A DNA stretch of 64,000 nucleotides. Origin: Klebsiella phage vB_KpnM_KB57. The DNA lies in sequence record NC_028659.1, one strand, 5' to 3'. Below are positions 28,853-37,775 of the stretch, one piece after another (within the stretch, counting starts at the first letter, position 1; each line of letters opens with the position of its first letter). A model generated the notes under the pieces. The model ran no database searches, was not told the origin of the DNA, and worked only from the letters and a program-made list of their open reading frames with translations. The translations under genes were made by a program, and so were the position numbers.

Positions 28853-30499
28853 CTATTTGATTCTTTTTCCACCATGTTTTTCATAAATGGCGATGACTTT
28901 TTCTAAGTCTAGCACAGAAACGGTCTCTGTCCAACCATCTTTCATCTCACGAGCAGAAAGAACACCTGTTTTCAGAGTTTGTTTACACTCTTCTTCTGCC
29001 AGCCTACATATATGTACAGAGGAAAACTCCCAAACACCTAAATTCTCACAATGGAATATACTTTTTAAATTCTGCTGCTTTATTCGCACCCTGTAGTCTT
29101 TGGCTATACCGATCTTTAATGCTACAGCCGAATCTGAATCAAAAACAATATTCACATAGGCTTGAGTTTGAATTTGTCCAGCGCACATTTTACAGCCTCG
29201 GCCTCTAATATGGCTCTCAGCCAACTGTTCAAAAACACCATGAGTCTTGCAAATTATTTTAACCTTCTTTCTTGCGGTTTTGTAATCCACAAGGCTGTAG
29301 TCGTATGTCTCTCCGTGAACAGTCTTAGCCTCTTGGATAAATTTAATGACCCCCTTATTTGTGTTCCGTACCCCACATCTAGGGCAACCAGCCCCCTGGC
29401 GGACTGAAGAATACTTGGTTGTGAAAACACCATGAATACTGCAACGCTGCATCACGACTGCATCCACCCAAGATTTGGTGTCTTTAGACACTGATATAAA
29501 ATCCAGATGGTGTTTCAGTGCATTGGCACGACACCTGTCTTCTACTTGGCTTTGCTTAAACCTTAAAAATCCAGATGTGTGAGAATCAGCACATTTAGGA
29601 CAACCGTGTTTTGCCTTTTTAATTTGTTGGATCTGTGTCTCAAAGAACCCATGCAACTTACATTCCAAAGTGACTGGCGTTTTTGCACCATTAAAATCCC
29701 CCGTCGCAACCAGTCTGAACGCCAAACCCTTCTTTTTTAGAATGTTTTTTACAACGAACGCCACATCTTCGGTTTTTTTGTATTTTTTGGTAACACATCT
29801 GCAAGGCATCTTACCAGCCTTTAAATTATCCCTTGAGGATGTGAAAATCCCAGAGCATAAACCACTTGAGACAAACTCATCTTCACTGCATACCGGGCAT
29901 CTATAAGACCACATATCCTTTTTCCCTAGAGATCTCCCAAATATGGTTCCCTCTTTAAACATCCCTGTATTGTAAAAATCCGAAATGTGGTCTTCATCTT
30001 TCTGGAATTTACTCCTAGATATATTTAATCCTTTACATGACGGGCACTTATAGCCTTTTTTTAGAAATTTAAACTCCTGTGTGAAAGATCCATGCAATGC
30101 ACAACCCCTTTTGACAAGCGTGTTCTGACCTAAAAATTCACCTTGAAGACCCTCGAAAGGATGCTCCGAATCTTTGCATAACCTTAAGGAGAGTGTTTTA
30201 ACTCCTTGCTCTGTATAACGTGGGTTTTTTGAGCAATAGCAGGGGAGATAACCAAGTTGAAGAGATCTTTTTTCAGAGTAAAAAACACCATCCCCATGTA
30301 ACTCAGGGTCCATAGAACATGTGCTACAAGAAAGTATATAGCGCTGCCTATTCCTACCTTTAGAGCTAACCCAGATCAACCCTACAACCTTCAACACCCC
30401 ACCCTTCGGTGTCTCGAATGTTGGTCTTGTCAAACTCCATTCATCCTGTTCAAGGTCTTCTGCACAAGTAACACCAAAATCACTGTAGTTCAAAATCAA
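28853..30499 (-). CDS. multi-zinc-ribbon + T5orf172 (GIY-YIG-like) domain protein, homing-endonuclease-like
   Basis: at least 4 repeats of Cx2HGxF...GxGCPxC; C-terminus YVNIVFDSDSAVALKIGIAKDYRVRI...DGWTE matches the T5orf172 domain; TTG start (30499 or 30493). Confidence 0.6.
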   Translation of the reverse strand: MILNYSDFGVTCAEDLEQDEWSLTRPTFETPKGGVLKVVGLIWVSSKGRNRQRYILSCSTCSMDPELHGDGVFYSEKRSLQLGYLPCYCSKNPRYTEQGVKTLSLRLCKDSEHPFEGLQGEFLGQNTLVKRGCALHGSFTQEFKFLKKGYKCPSCKGLNISRSKFQKDEDHISDFYNTGMFKEGTIFGRSLGKKDMWSYRCPVCSEDEFVSSGLCSGIFTSSRDNLKAGKMPCRCVTKKYKKTEDVAFVVKNILKKKGLAFRLVATGDFNGAKTPVTLECKLHGFFETQIQQIKKAKHGCPKCADSHTSGFLRFKQSQVEDRCRANALKHHLDFISVSKDTKSWVDAVVMQRCSIHGVFTTKYSSVRQGAGCPRCGVRNTNKGVIKFIQEAKTVHGETYDYSLVDYKTARKKVKIICKTHGVFEQLAESHIRGRGCKMCAGQIQTQAYVNIVFDSDSAVALKIGIAKDYRVRIKQQNLKSIFHCENLGVWEFSSVHICRLAEEECKQTLKTGVLSAREMKDGWTETVSVLDLEKVIAIYEKHGGKRIK

Positions 30500-30522
30500 T
30501 CTCCTCTAAAATCTATACGGAG

Positions 30523-30551
30523 AGTATAACAGTAAATTTAGTTGCGATCAA
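30523..30551 (-). promoter_or_regulatory. promoter TTGATC-17-TATACT for the minus-strand island
   Basis: reverse complement of 30523-30551. Confidence 0.5.
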
Positions 30552-30554
30552 CAG

Positions 30555-30582
30555 TTGACAGCGGCTATCTTCATGTCATAAT
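30555..30582 (+). promoter_or_regulatory. promoter TTGACA-16-CATAAT (divergent)
   Basis: TTGACA 30555-30560, CATAAT 30577-30582, then RBS GAGGAG and ATG 30613. Confidence 0.55.
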
Positions 30583-30612
30583 GCCAGGATAAACAATTTC
30601 AGAGGAGAAATC

Positions 30613-30816
30613 ATGGGTAGATATGAGAAAGATCTGATTGAGATGGGTAGGCTACAAGAAAGAGGAGAAATCCTTGAGCATATTGTCAAAGCTGTCACCA
30701 ACAACCAGAGAAAGAGAGATCAGTTTGAAAGAGGATCATTAAATCGGGCAGCGCTGACAGTGGCTATCGATGAGCTTTTGTATGTTGGCGATTTTATAAT
30801 GAAGAGGGGCGCATGA
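30613..30816 (+). CDS. hypothetical protein
   Basis: 67-aa ORF. Confidence 0.45.
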   Translation: MGRYEKDLIEMGRLQERGEILEHIVKAVTNNQRKRDQFERGSLNRAALTVAIDELLYVGDFIMKRGA

Positions 30817-30962
30817 AAAAATTCTGCATCTATGGTCGGGTGAGCGTTGACAACGGCTGGTATTTGTGCAAATCTGGTATCAGTGAAGAAGAACTTGCCA
30901 AGTGGCTGGCCTATTACCGGGAAACTTGGCGTTATGTTAAGGGGATTTCTTACGATGAATAA
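30813..30962 (+). CDS. hypothetical small protein (49 aa)
   Basis: ATG 30813; ATGAATAA coupling to the next ORF; not in track. Confidence 0.35.
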   Translation: MKKFCIYGRVSVDNGWYLCKSGISEEELAKWLAYYRETWRYVKGISYDE

Positions 30963-31230
30963 ATTTAGGCTAAAATGTCAAGGTGGGCGTTGGTGGGTGC
31001 AGGAAAAATTCTTTGGGTTCCTGTGGCTAACCATTTGGAATTCCTCTTTGACGAAAGAAAGTGCAATGGCAAAGATTGCAGAGCACGTCCAGGAAAAAGA
31101 GGATGAGTGCATTTACTATCCACACGGGAAGAGATTATCGCCGCAGTCTCTGCTAAAATGTTGCGACCAGGTCCACCACCAGCCCCTCCTTCCAAGCCTT
31201 GATGAGGATAAAAAATATGATTTACGATGA
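30955..31230 (+). CDS. hypothetical protein
   Basis: ATG 30955 within track ORF 30847-31230. Confidence 0.4.
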   Translation: MNKFRLKCQGGRWWVQEKFFGFLWLTIWNSSLTKESAMAKIAEHVQEKEDECIYYPHGKRLSPQSLLKCCDQVHHQPLLPSLDEDKKYDLR

Positions 31231-31462
31231 TTTGGTTTTGATAAAGTCTGCTCTGAAGAAATCTCGAAGCAATGGAATTTACTTCAGGGACCCGAAGTGG
31301 TTGCAGGGCATTTACATCTACCTTTCTCAAAAAGGTAGTCTGTACATAGTCTACAGCTTGGGAACCATGTTTGGAGGAGAGGGCTATCGATGCACTCAGA
31401 TTAATGAGCACGTCCTCCCCAGTCTCGGCCACAAATTTGAGATTTGGGATGGTGCTTTATGA
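31217..31462 (+). CDS. hypothetical protein
   Basis: GAGGA RBS then ATG 31217. Confidence 0.4.
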   Translation: MIYDDLVLIKSALKKSRSNGIYFRDPKWLQGIYIYLSQKGSLYIVYSLGTMFGGEGYRCTQINEHVLPSLGHKFEIWDGAL

Positions 31463-31632
31463 TTGAAATCTGGAAAACCCTAGGATGTGTTTTCATGTCC
31501 TTTGTGATGGGAACCGGGCTGGCGCAAACTGCCGAGTCCCATGATTTTGTCGGGATGTTGCTGTTTGGAATGGCCTTTGCTTCTGGACTAACCTCTCCCT
31601 TCTACGTATTTTTGGCGATCATTAGGAGTTAA
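31459..31632 (+). CDS. small membrane protein
   Basis: ATG 31459; two TM helices. Confidence 0.4.
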   Translation: MIEIWKTLGCVFMSFVMGTGLAQTAESHDFVGMLLFGMAFASGLTSPFYVFLAIIRS

Positions 31633-31633
31633 T

Positions 31634-31792
31634 ATGGGAAGCACTTTTACTGTACAATACTGGACAAACGCCTACGAAGGTGAGTATAAATATTATGTAT
31701 TCTGGCAGGGCGAAAGCTTTGACGAGGCCATTCGGCAGATGGTAAAATGTAAGGACAAAGGCTACGGTTGCGTAAAGATGGAGTGGCGGTGA
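31634..31792 (+). CDS. hypothetical small protein (52 aa)
   Basis: AGGAG RBS then ATG 31634; not in track. Confidence 0.4.
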   Translation: MGSTFTVQYWTNAYEGEYKYYVFWQGESFDEAIRQMVKCKDKGYGCVKMEWR

Positions 31793-32341
31793 ATGAAGAT
31801 AGAAAGCAAAAATATGGCTATGGGAACGCAGTCTTTACAGCAGATGGCAAGAGATTACCAATGGTGGGACCCGAGTGGGACCCCCAATGGGAGATCGCTC
31901 TCAAACGAGGAGGTTATCTTTCTGAAAGCCATCAAGAAGTACACCAAATGGCCTTTGACGAAAGTAGCCGAAATGATGGGAATCTCATACCACAAGGTTA
32001 TAAAGGCCGTCAGATTAAGAGATCCTGTGCTGGTTCCTTCAAGAATCCCGGAATACTTTTATGAGGCCACGGGGATGGTGAAGGGTAAAAATGGTCCCGA
32101 AGGTACTGCTAAGAACATCAAGGCTGGAAATCAAGCACTCAGTGACGAGGATGTCGCGGTCATAAGGGAACTGCACAAGAGAGGATATGCTGTGGAAGAC
32201 ATCGCCACAGCCTTTAATAAAAGTATCGGCTACACCGGAACACTTATCAGAGGTGATAGTCGGCACTTCTTGGCCGCAGACCCTGAACGGGTGAAAGAAA
32301 GAATGGTCACCTTTGAAAAACTGCTGGGTGATCGCGTATAG
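31793..32341 (+). CDS. tandem HTH-domain transcription regulator
   Basis: two HTH-like units: LSNEEVIFLKAIKKY..LTKVAEMMGISYHKV and LSDEDVAVIRELHKRGYAVEDIATAFNKSIGY. Confidence 0.5.
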   Translation: MKIESKNMAMGTQSLQQMARDYQWWDPSGTPNGRSLSNEEVIFLKAIKKYTKWPLTKVAEMMGISYHKVIKAVRLRDPVLVPSRIPEYFYEATGMVKGKNGPEGTAKNIKAGNQALSDEDVAVIRELHKRGYAVEDIATAFNKSIGYTGTLIRGDSRHFLAADPERVKERMVTFEKLLGDRV

Positions 32342-32342
32342 G

Positions 32343-32410
32343 CGCGAAGCGCCGCGCCGTCCAAATCCAGTACCCCCCGCTACGCCGGGGCCTGGATTTT
32401 GCCGTCGATC
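32343..32410 (+). terminator. GC-rich double stem-loop, likely intrinsic terminator
   Basis: GGCGCGAAGCGCC hairpin, then AAATCCAG...CTGGATTTTG stem plus T-run; local GC far above genome average. Confidence 0.45.
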
Positions 32411-32429
32411 TTTTTGTGAAGGAGTTCTT

Positions 32430-32744
32430 GTGAAAAATTATTATGTCCTCGATGAGACATGCACGGGCCACCGCCAGCGTATCTTCCAGTTAGTGATGAG
32501 AAGTTTCAGCATCGATGCAAATACCAGAGACACCTGGTGTAGCCTGTTCAAAACTAAAGGTTATAAACGTGCAGTGGAGACCCGTAGAAAAATAAACGAA
32601 CATCTTCAGGGTGTGGTAAAAAAGGAATTTCCTGAAGTAAAATCATGGAAGATTGCAAATCTTCTCGGCAGTACAGGTATGCATGATGTAAGGGTGCGGC
32701 GGAGACAAAAATATCTCCTGGAGGTTGATGATGGAAAATGTTAA
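32430..32744 (+). CDS. hypothetical protein
   Basis: AAGGAG RBS then GTG 32430. Confidence 0.4.
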   Translation: MKNYYVLDETCTGHRQRIFQLVMRSFSIDANTRDTWCSLFKTKGYKRAVETRRKINEHLQGVVKKEFPEVKSWKIANLLGSTGMHDVRVRRRQKYLLEVDDGKC

Positions 32745-32970
32745 GAAGGCATTAGAACATCTGGAGGCAAAAAGGGGTGGTATCCGGTGGGCGGAAGGTG
32801 TTTCTCGTGGGTATCAGGGCGCACTTGAGTATGTAAAAAATATTCGTGCAGCGGCGTCGGCTTGTTGGTACATTCAGGACATGGCTGACTGGACAAAGCG
32901 GTTCGCTCTGAAGGAAAAGACGAAGGCTATTGTTGGTCATGATCGTATTCTTTTTGGAAAAGAGCCTTGA
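32725..32970 (+). CDS. hypothetical protein
   Basis: 81-aa ORF. Confidence 0.45.
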   Translation: MMMENVKKALEHLEAKRGGIRWAEGVSRGYQGALEYVKNIRAAASACWYIQDMADWTKRFALKEKTKAIVGHDRILFGKEP

Positions 32971-33022
32971 CACCTCATGGATAGTAATATATCCTCAGGG
33001 TATCTAATCAAGAGGAGGAGCT

Positions 33023-33178
33023 ATGAATTTCTGGATAATGAGAGCGATCGTCCGCGATCACTTCAATGCGGAAAGAAGCGGTGTTTATGAGAACCTCGGA
33101 TGTCTGCCTTTTATCCTGAAAGTCGTAGCCATTGTTCTCATCATCGCGGTACTTAATCACTTTGGTCTTTGGGAGTAA
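33023..33178 (+). CDS. small membrane protein (51 aa)
   Basis: AAGAGGAGGAG RBS then ATG 33023; not in track; the overlapping minus ORF 33008-33430 is likely spurious. Confidence 0.45.
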   Translation: MNFWIMRAIVRDHFNAERSGVYENLGCLPFILKVVAIVLIIAVLNHFGLWE

Positions 33179-33182
33179 TGAT

Positions 33183-33365
33183 ATGTTTGTCTTAGTATTT
33201 ACGTTTTTCTTGTTCATTTTGAACACGGTTTGCTGTGGGTTGCAGGGATTAACACTCCTGCTTCGTAAAAAAGAAGATCCGTTTGTTTTCCCTGGTCTCA
33301 TGATGATTGCCCATGCATTTCTTTCAGCATGGATGTTCAATGTTTGGTGGGAGATGACAGCATGA
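33183..33365 (+). CDS. small membrane protein
   Basis: GGGAG RBS then ATG 33183. Confidence 0.45.
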   Translation: MFVLVFTFFLFILNTVCCGLQGLTLLLRKKEDPFVFPGLMMIAHAFLSAWMFNVWWEMTA

Positions 33366-33607
33366 ATATCTTTACGGATGCACGGATGGGAACCCCAATA
33401 ACACCTGAAGAGCGTGAATGGATAAAGCAAGAAATTGCTACCACAGAGACGCTGTTAACAGATGAAGTTTGGATCGAAAACTATGTAAAGAGTTGCCATG
33501 AAGACGGCATGACATCTTTCGATCGTGAGTTGGTCATCATGTGTATTCAGGCCGACCTTTATGGTATGAAGAGATGCTTGAAGTACAATTACGTTCTTCT
33601 TTGGTGA
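33362..33607 (+). CDS. hypothetical protein
   Basis: ATG 33362. Confidence 0.4.
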   Translation: MNIFTDARMGTPITPEEREWIKQEIATTETLLTDEVWIENYVKSCHEDGMTSFDRELVIMCIQADLYGMKRCLKYNYVLLW

Positions 33608-33616
33608 GGAAAACCA

Positions 33617-33850
33617 ATGAAAGATATTGATAAGGTGGGGACACCGCACAGTGCGGGCATGGTTGGGGATATAACCATCTGTGCTACAGGCGCAAAATAC
33701 CCTCGTCTTCGCGGAATAACTCTGACTCAACCATTACACGCAAACGGTGATGATGACGATACCATCATGATCGAACTTGATGATCTTGATGAGTTCATCG
33801 CGAAGCTACAGGAAGTCAGAAAATTTTACACCGAGAACCCGAGGCTATGA
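33617..33850 (+). CDS. hypothetical protein
   Basis: 77-aa ORF. Confidence 0.45.
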   Translation: MKDIDKVGTPHSAGMVGDITICATGAKYPRLRGITLTQPLHANGDDDDTIMIELDDLDEFIAKLQEVRKFYTENPRL

Positions 33851-33851
33851 A

Positions 33852-34094
33852 ATGAATACCCTCAACACCTACACAAAAGTATTCCACTTCTGGTGGCAAA
33901 ATCTTAACCGTTCTGTTTACGGCACAAAAGATGAGGCACTTAAAGGTTGGACAGACTGTATGCTTAAGAAGCACGAAATCAATGACAAGGGGAGTATCCT
34001 CCGGGGAACAGATGCTTATTGCCTGGGATGGAATGCCGCTGTCGAGTTTATTCTTGGGGAGAATTACGATGACAAATTATCATGTTTTGAATAA
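33852..34094 (+). CDS. hypothetical protein
   Basis: ATG 33852. Confidence 0.4.
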   Translation: MNTLNTYTKVFHFWWQNLNRSVYGTKDEALKGWTDCMLKKHEINDKGSILRGTDAYCLGWNAAVEFILGENYDDKLSCFE

Positions 34095-34491
34095 GTGGGT
34101 TCTTGCAAATAGAGATGGGCCTTTGTTGGTTATTTACAAAAAGGGTTCAAAAAGCATTAAAGAATGCCTTGAGCTTACCCCGCTGGAAAGTCTACACTTC
34201 CATCACGACGGAGAGGACCTCAGGAACAGGATCTGCGGCTACCAGGTTGGTGGCATCGTTGTTGAACCGGGTGCAAATTTTGGCAAACACAACCTTCGTT
34301 ATGCCATCTCCCGTCTTCGGTCTGAAGATAATGTCTACCTTTTCCTGATGGATGAGGAACATGAGGACATATTGGAAGATATTTTTGAAGAATACTACGA
34401 GAGTGCTACAAACAAAGAGATGGTTGAGAGCCTCCGTAGCCAGATCGTAATCTATGACCCGGAGTGCTTCTATGGCCTACAGAACATTTGA
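34069..34491 (+). CDS. hypothetical protein
   Basis: ATG 34069 within track ORF 33931-34491. Confidence 0.4.
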   Translation: MTNYHVLNKWVLANRDGPLLVIYKKGSKSIKECLELTPLESLHFHHDGEDLRNRICGYQVGGIVVEPGANFGKHNLRYAISRLRSEDNVYLFLMDEEHEDILEDIFEEYYESATNKEMVESLRSQIVIYDPECFYGLQNI

Positions 34492-34675
34492 AGAATGGAA
34501 CGCCCGTGGAAGGATCGTCAAAAAGGGCGAGAAAGCTATGGGCCACCTTCTTGACGGGACTGCTCTTTTTGGAAAGGAACAGACCAAAGGGAAAAAGAGT
34601 AGAGACTGGGGAGAGGCTGATCTAGGGGATGCACCAGACTCCTGGTACATGGGTGGGCCTGAGGATTATTATTAA
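34472..34675 (+). CDS. hypothetical protein
   Basis: ATG 34472. Confidence 0.4.
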   Translation: MAYRTFEEWNARGRIVKKGEKAMGHLLDGTALFGKEQTKGKKSRDWGEADLGDAPDSWYMGGPEDYY

Positions 34676-34959
34676 TGAAACATATCCCTCTGAAGAAGTG
34701 CAAACCTATAACCTACTGCAAATTCTGCAAAGCCATTGGCATCCGCAGGCGATGCACAGTCATGACGAAATACCAACCGCCGTGGGGACTGCGTGACTGG
34801 TACAAGCACTACGCCTGTGATGAACACAAAGGCCTGATTGAAGACCCAGACCCACGGGGCATCATGGAAGCTGCTGCAAAGAACCCTGCTCCACCCCAAG
34901 AGGTTGCAAGGGAAGACCACTACACAGAAGCTGACTATCAAACCTGGATGAGGCTATAA
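34675..34959 (+). CDS. Cys-rich hypothetical protein
   Basis: CKPITYCKFC motif. Confidence 0.45.
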   Translation: MKHIPLKKCKPITYCKFCKAIGIRRRCTVMTKYQPPWGLRDWYKHYACDEHKGLIEDPDPRGIMEAAAKNPAPPQEVAREDHYTEADYQTWMRL

Positions 34960-35388
34960 ATGATAAAACATTGCCATAATTGCAGTGCCTGTTGTGAAGT
35001 TATCGCTATAGATAACATCACGCACGAAGAATTTCACGAAAAGGTCAGGACCGGAAGAGTATCGGCTATCCACGGGGAGATGATGAAACCAATCTCCAGG
35101 GACGAGGCCTACAAACGGAATCCTCTTGTTGTTACAGGTCGTGAAGAGGTTGGTAAAGGAACAAAACACTTCACCAGCTACTTTACCTGCACAAAGCTGA
35201 AAGACAACAAGTGCTCAATATACGAGGATCGCCCGTACATGTGCAGCGGATATCCGTTCTATGACCGAGGGCCTGTGGACACACAATCACATGCTTCTCT
35301 GTGCAAGACACAGCTTCGCAGGAAGGACACCCCGTACTCCTCAACATGTACGTATGTCCCAAACCTGATCGCAGTCAAGAATATCTGA
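34960..35388 (+). CDS. CxxCxxCC (YkgJ/UPF0153-like) metal-binding domain protein
   Basis: CHNCSACCE motif at the N-terminus. Confidence 0.5.
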   Translation: MIKHCHNCSACCEVIAIDNITHEEFHEKVRTGRVSAIHGEMMKPISRDEAYKRNPLVVTGREEVGKGTKHFTSYFTCTKLKDNKCSIYEDRPYMCSGYPFYDRGPVDTQSHASLCKTQLRRKDTPYSSTCTYVPNLIAVKNI

Positions 35389-35398
35389 CCCACACAAC

Positions 35399-35426
35399 AA
35401 GGGGCCTGAAGAGGCTCCTTTTCTTT
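35399..35426 (+). terminator. intrinsic terminator
   Basis: GGGGCCTGAAGAGGCTCC hairpin plus TTTTCTTTT. Confidence 0.55.
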
Positions 35427-35453
35427 TATCTAAAGTGGCACATCAATTTCTCT

Positions 35454-35481
35454 TGACCTGAAGTGTACAGTCGATTATACT
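35454..35481 (+). promoter_or_regulatory. promoter TTGACC-16-TATACT
   Basis: drives the small ORF 35511-35630. Confidence 0.55.
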
Positions 35482-35510
35482 CCTCTCATACAAAACACGA
35501 GGAGAATTCT

Positions 35511-35630
35511 ATGGACGACACGGGTTTCTTATTACTGGGGATGCTGATTACAGCGTTCCTGATCCTTATCCCTTACGGGATGATGTTGTACGTATCTATT
35601 GGGCCAGTGGCTAAGAAGGACGATTGTTGA
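35511..35630 (+). CDS. 39-aa hydrophobic peptide (single TM)
   Basis: GAGGAG RBS 6 nt before ATG 35511; MDDTGFLLLGMLITAFLILIPYGMMLYVSIGPVAKKDDC. Confidence 0.45.
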   Translation: MDDTGFLLLGMLITAFLILIPYGMMLYVSIGPVAKKDDC

Positions 35631-35670
35631 GACTGCTATGCGGCTGACCACACAAAAGGGTTGACGTAAA

Positions 35671-35699
35671 CTGTCAGCCCTGTTATGCTTTATGTAAGC
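35671..35699 (+). promoter_or_regulatory. strong promoter TTGACG-17-TATGCT with TTATGTAA box; no ORF downstream
   Basis: same extended motif CTGTTATGCTTTATGTA as the promoter at 58271. Confidence 0.55.
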
Positions 35700-36809
35700 C
35701 ACATCTCCTGAAGCTGGAGGATACAATCACCACTCCTGCGTGAAAGGTTGTACATCCTGTTAACACACAATCTGAAGTGACTTACCGATATGTCGATAAA
35801 GCACCCTTTCATAAACACATTGCCGTAACGTGTCGATGCCATAAGCATGTCTGAAGTGGCCTCCGTTTTCTCCACATAACCACCCCCGCCCCCGTGGGGA
35901 AATCAAAACATGCCCCTGCCGAAAATATCACTTGCCGAAAATATCTGTCTGGGTGTTTTGGAGCATTCGTACTGTCTGAGGTGCTAGACGGACAGCTCCG
36001 GGCGTCAACTATCTTTACGGATCTTTACAAAATATCATGGGCAAGGTCGATCCGGTCCCCGGTTCCTCGGGGCCTCTTCAGGAATGAAAGTTACTTGCCG
36101 AAACTAATAATAATCAAATGTGACAGATAGCAAGCATATGGTTTGCCAGCTTAGAGCACGATTTGCTATTGACTTGTTTATATTTGTGTGAATTACGCCA
36201 TTTAACATAAAACACGTTATACGCACTAGCTAACAACACATAGCAAGCTAATAATGCCCCAGTGTTACCAGTGTGACGCATAGGCCAGTCGCTTCAGGTC
36301 ATTACATGGTGTGACTGTTACTGTGGTGATAGTTTCATGTGTGATTATTCATGTTTTAGGGTTGTTTTGTGAATGAGACGACGAATGAGAATCATTACTA
36401 TTTCGATTTCGAATTCAATTTCGAAATGAGAATCATTCCGCAAATATAAATATTTTGTAAATTTATAAATAAAAGCTTGACAAGAGAAGAGAATCGTGTT
36501 TAGCAATACATACTCTTTGAGCATCATTATCATTTGCGACTAATTCCCATCAACCCCGTTACGGACCGGATACCCGGCAATGCTAAAGCATTGAAATAGT
36601 TACAATAAGTAACTATTTTCTTTATTGCTACGCAAGGGATTGATAGATATTTTCGATAATAAAAACACTTGACAGTTTACACTTCTTCCATGCTCAAAAT
36701 CAGGCCTTTCCATAGGCCATAGGCCCACATTAGCAAGTGATTTATTGCTATTTGTCAATCATTAAATTTCATTTAATCACATAATAATAACGGGTTGTTA
36801 CCATCACCA

Positions 36810-37013
36810 GCGACACAATAACACGGGAGCGATCACGCAGGGCGTGATCGGTGTTATCGTGGCGATGTGATAAAATAAGTTTGCTAATCATTACGGATGT
36901 AATGATCTTAATGATAACAATTTTCATTCGCTCTTAGGCGTCTACGAGCCACGATAACGCGAACGAAAATGATAAGTATTATCATTTGAGTTACTCCCGT
37001 GTTATTGTGTCGC
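36810..37013. repeat. 204-bp nested palindrome (three concentric inverted-repeat pairs around a central 8-bp hairpin)
   Basis: IR A 36810-36829 / 36994-37013, 20/20 bp; IR C 36853-36863 / 36948-36958; hairpin B 36830-36850; central palindrome ATCATTACggatGTAATGAT 36887-36906. Confidence 0.7.
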
Positions 37014-37384
37014 TCGCTACGCTCGCGCCACTCCCCACGATTACGCGAACGATTTTTATTTGACAAGATTTTATTTTTATGCTCAATAAAACCAGTTCAC
37101 ACAATAGGTTAGATGATAAAAGTTATCATTTGAGAGTGATTCTCACAGTATGCATACATAATGCTTAAAAATGCATGTTTTATTCAGTTAATAACATGCG
37201 TTATTAATTGTTGGGGTTGTTAGGTAGGGCCATACCCTTTTAAGCGCAATATGCGCCATTCTGAGAGGCTTTATCTCTTACCCTGGCTAGTGGGTTACCG
37301 CCTGGAGATCTCGATTATGCAGGTTTTAGTCACCTATCACTTTTTGATTATTGATTGATAAAACCTAAAGTATAAAAACACAAA

Positions 37385-37405
37385 AGCCGGGAGTTACCCG
37401 GCATT
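37385..37405. terminator. bidirectional intrinsic terminator
   Basis: GCCGGGAGTTACCCGGC flanked by A-run and T-run. Confidence 0.6.
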
Positions 37406-37427
37406 ATTTTTGGGGAGTGGTGGAACC

Positions 37428-37691
37428 TTACAGCGCGATTGCCAGCAGGCCAGCGACCACGAAAGGGAGATCATAACGATCTAAACGCTTAAAGCGATTA
37501 AGTTTAATCAGGGTGTAAAACGTTAATTGTAAAACATCGATCATGGTGTTAAACCCTTGCGCCGTTGTTTCCGTCGTTACCAGGCCGACAAGGCAGTTAA
37601 AACACGTATTAGACACTAAAGCAATAAGGCAAGCCAGCAGGGTAGCGCGTAAAATGCTTGTTTTGCTTACAGTGTAAATCATGTTTGTCAT
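37428..37691 (-). CDS. membrane protein
   Basis: 87 aa with TM helices. Confidence 0.5.
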   Translation of the reverse strand: MTNMIYTVSKTSILRATLLACLIALVSNTCFNCLVGLVTTETTAQGFNTMIDVLQLTFYTLIKLNRFKRLDRYDLPFVVAGLLAIAL

Positions 37692-37748
37692 TTGGTGTTA
37701 CTCGTTTAATGAAGGAGATAGAAGAATAACAGACGAAAAAGGGCGCTG

Positions 37749-37771
37749 CAATAGCGCCCCGATGTTATTTT
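37749..37771 (-). terminator. intrinsic terminator
   Basis: GGGCGCTATTGCAGCGCCC plus TTTTT on the minus strand. Confidence 0.65.
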
Positions 37772-37775
37772 GCTA

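Noticed and set aside
33008-33430. 140-aa minus ORF antisense to a run of plus-strand small genes
   Set aside because: The plus-strand ORFs here have strong RBSs and coupled starts. The minus ORF has none, and the local gene orientation is uniformly plus.
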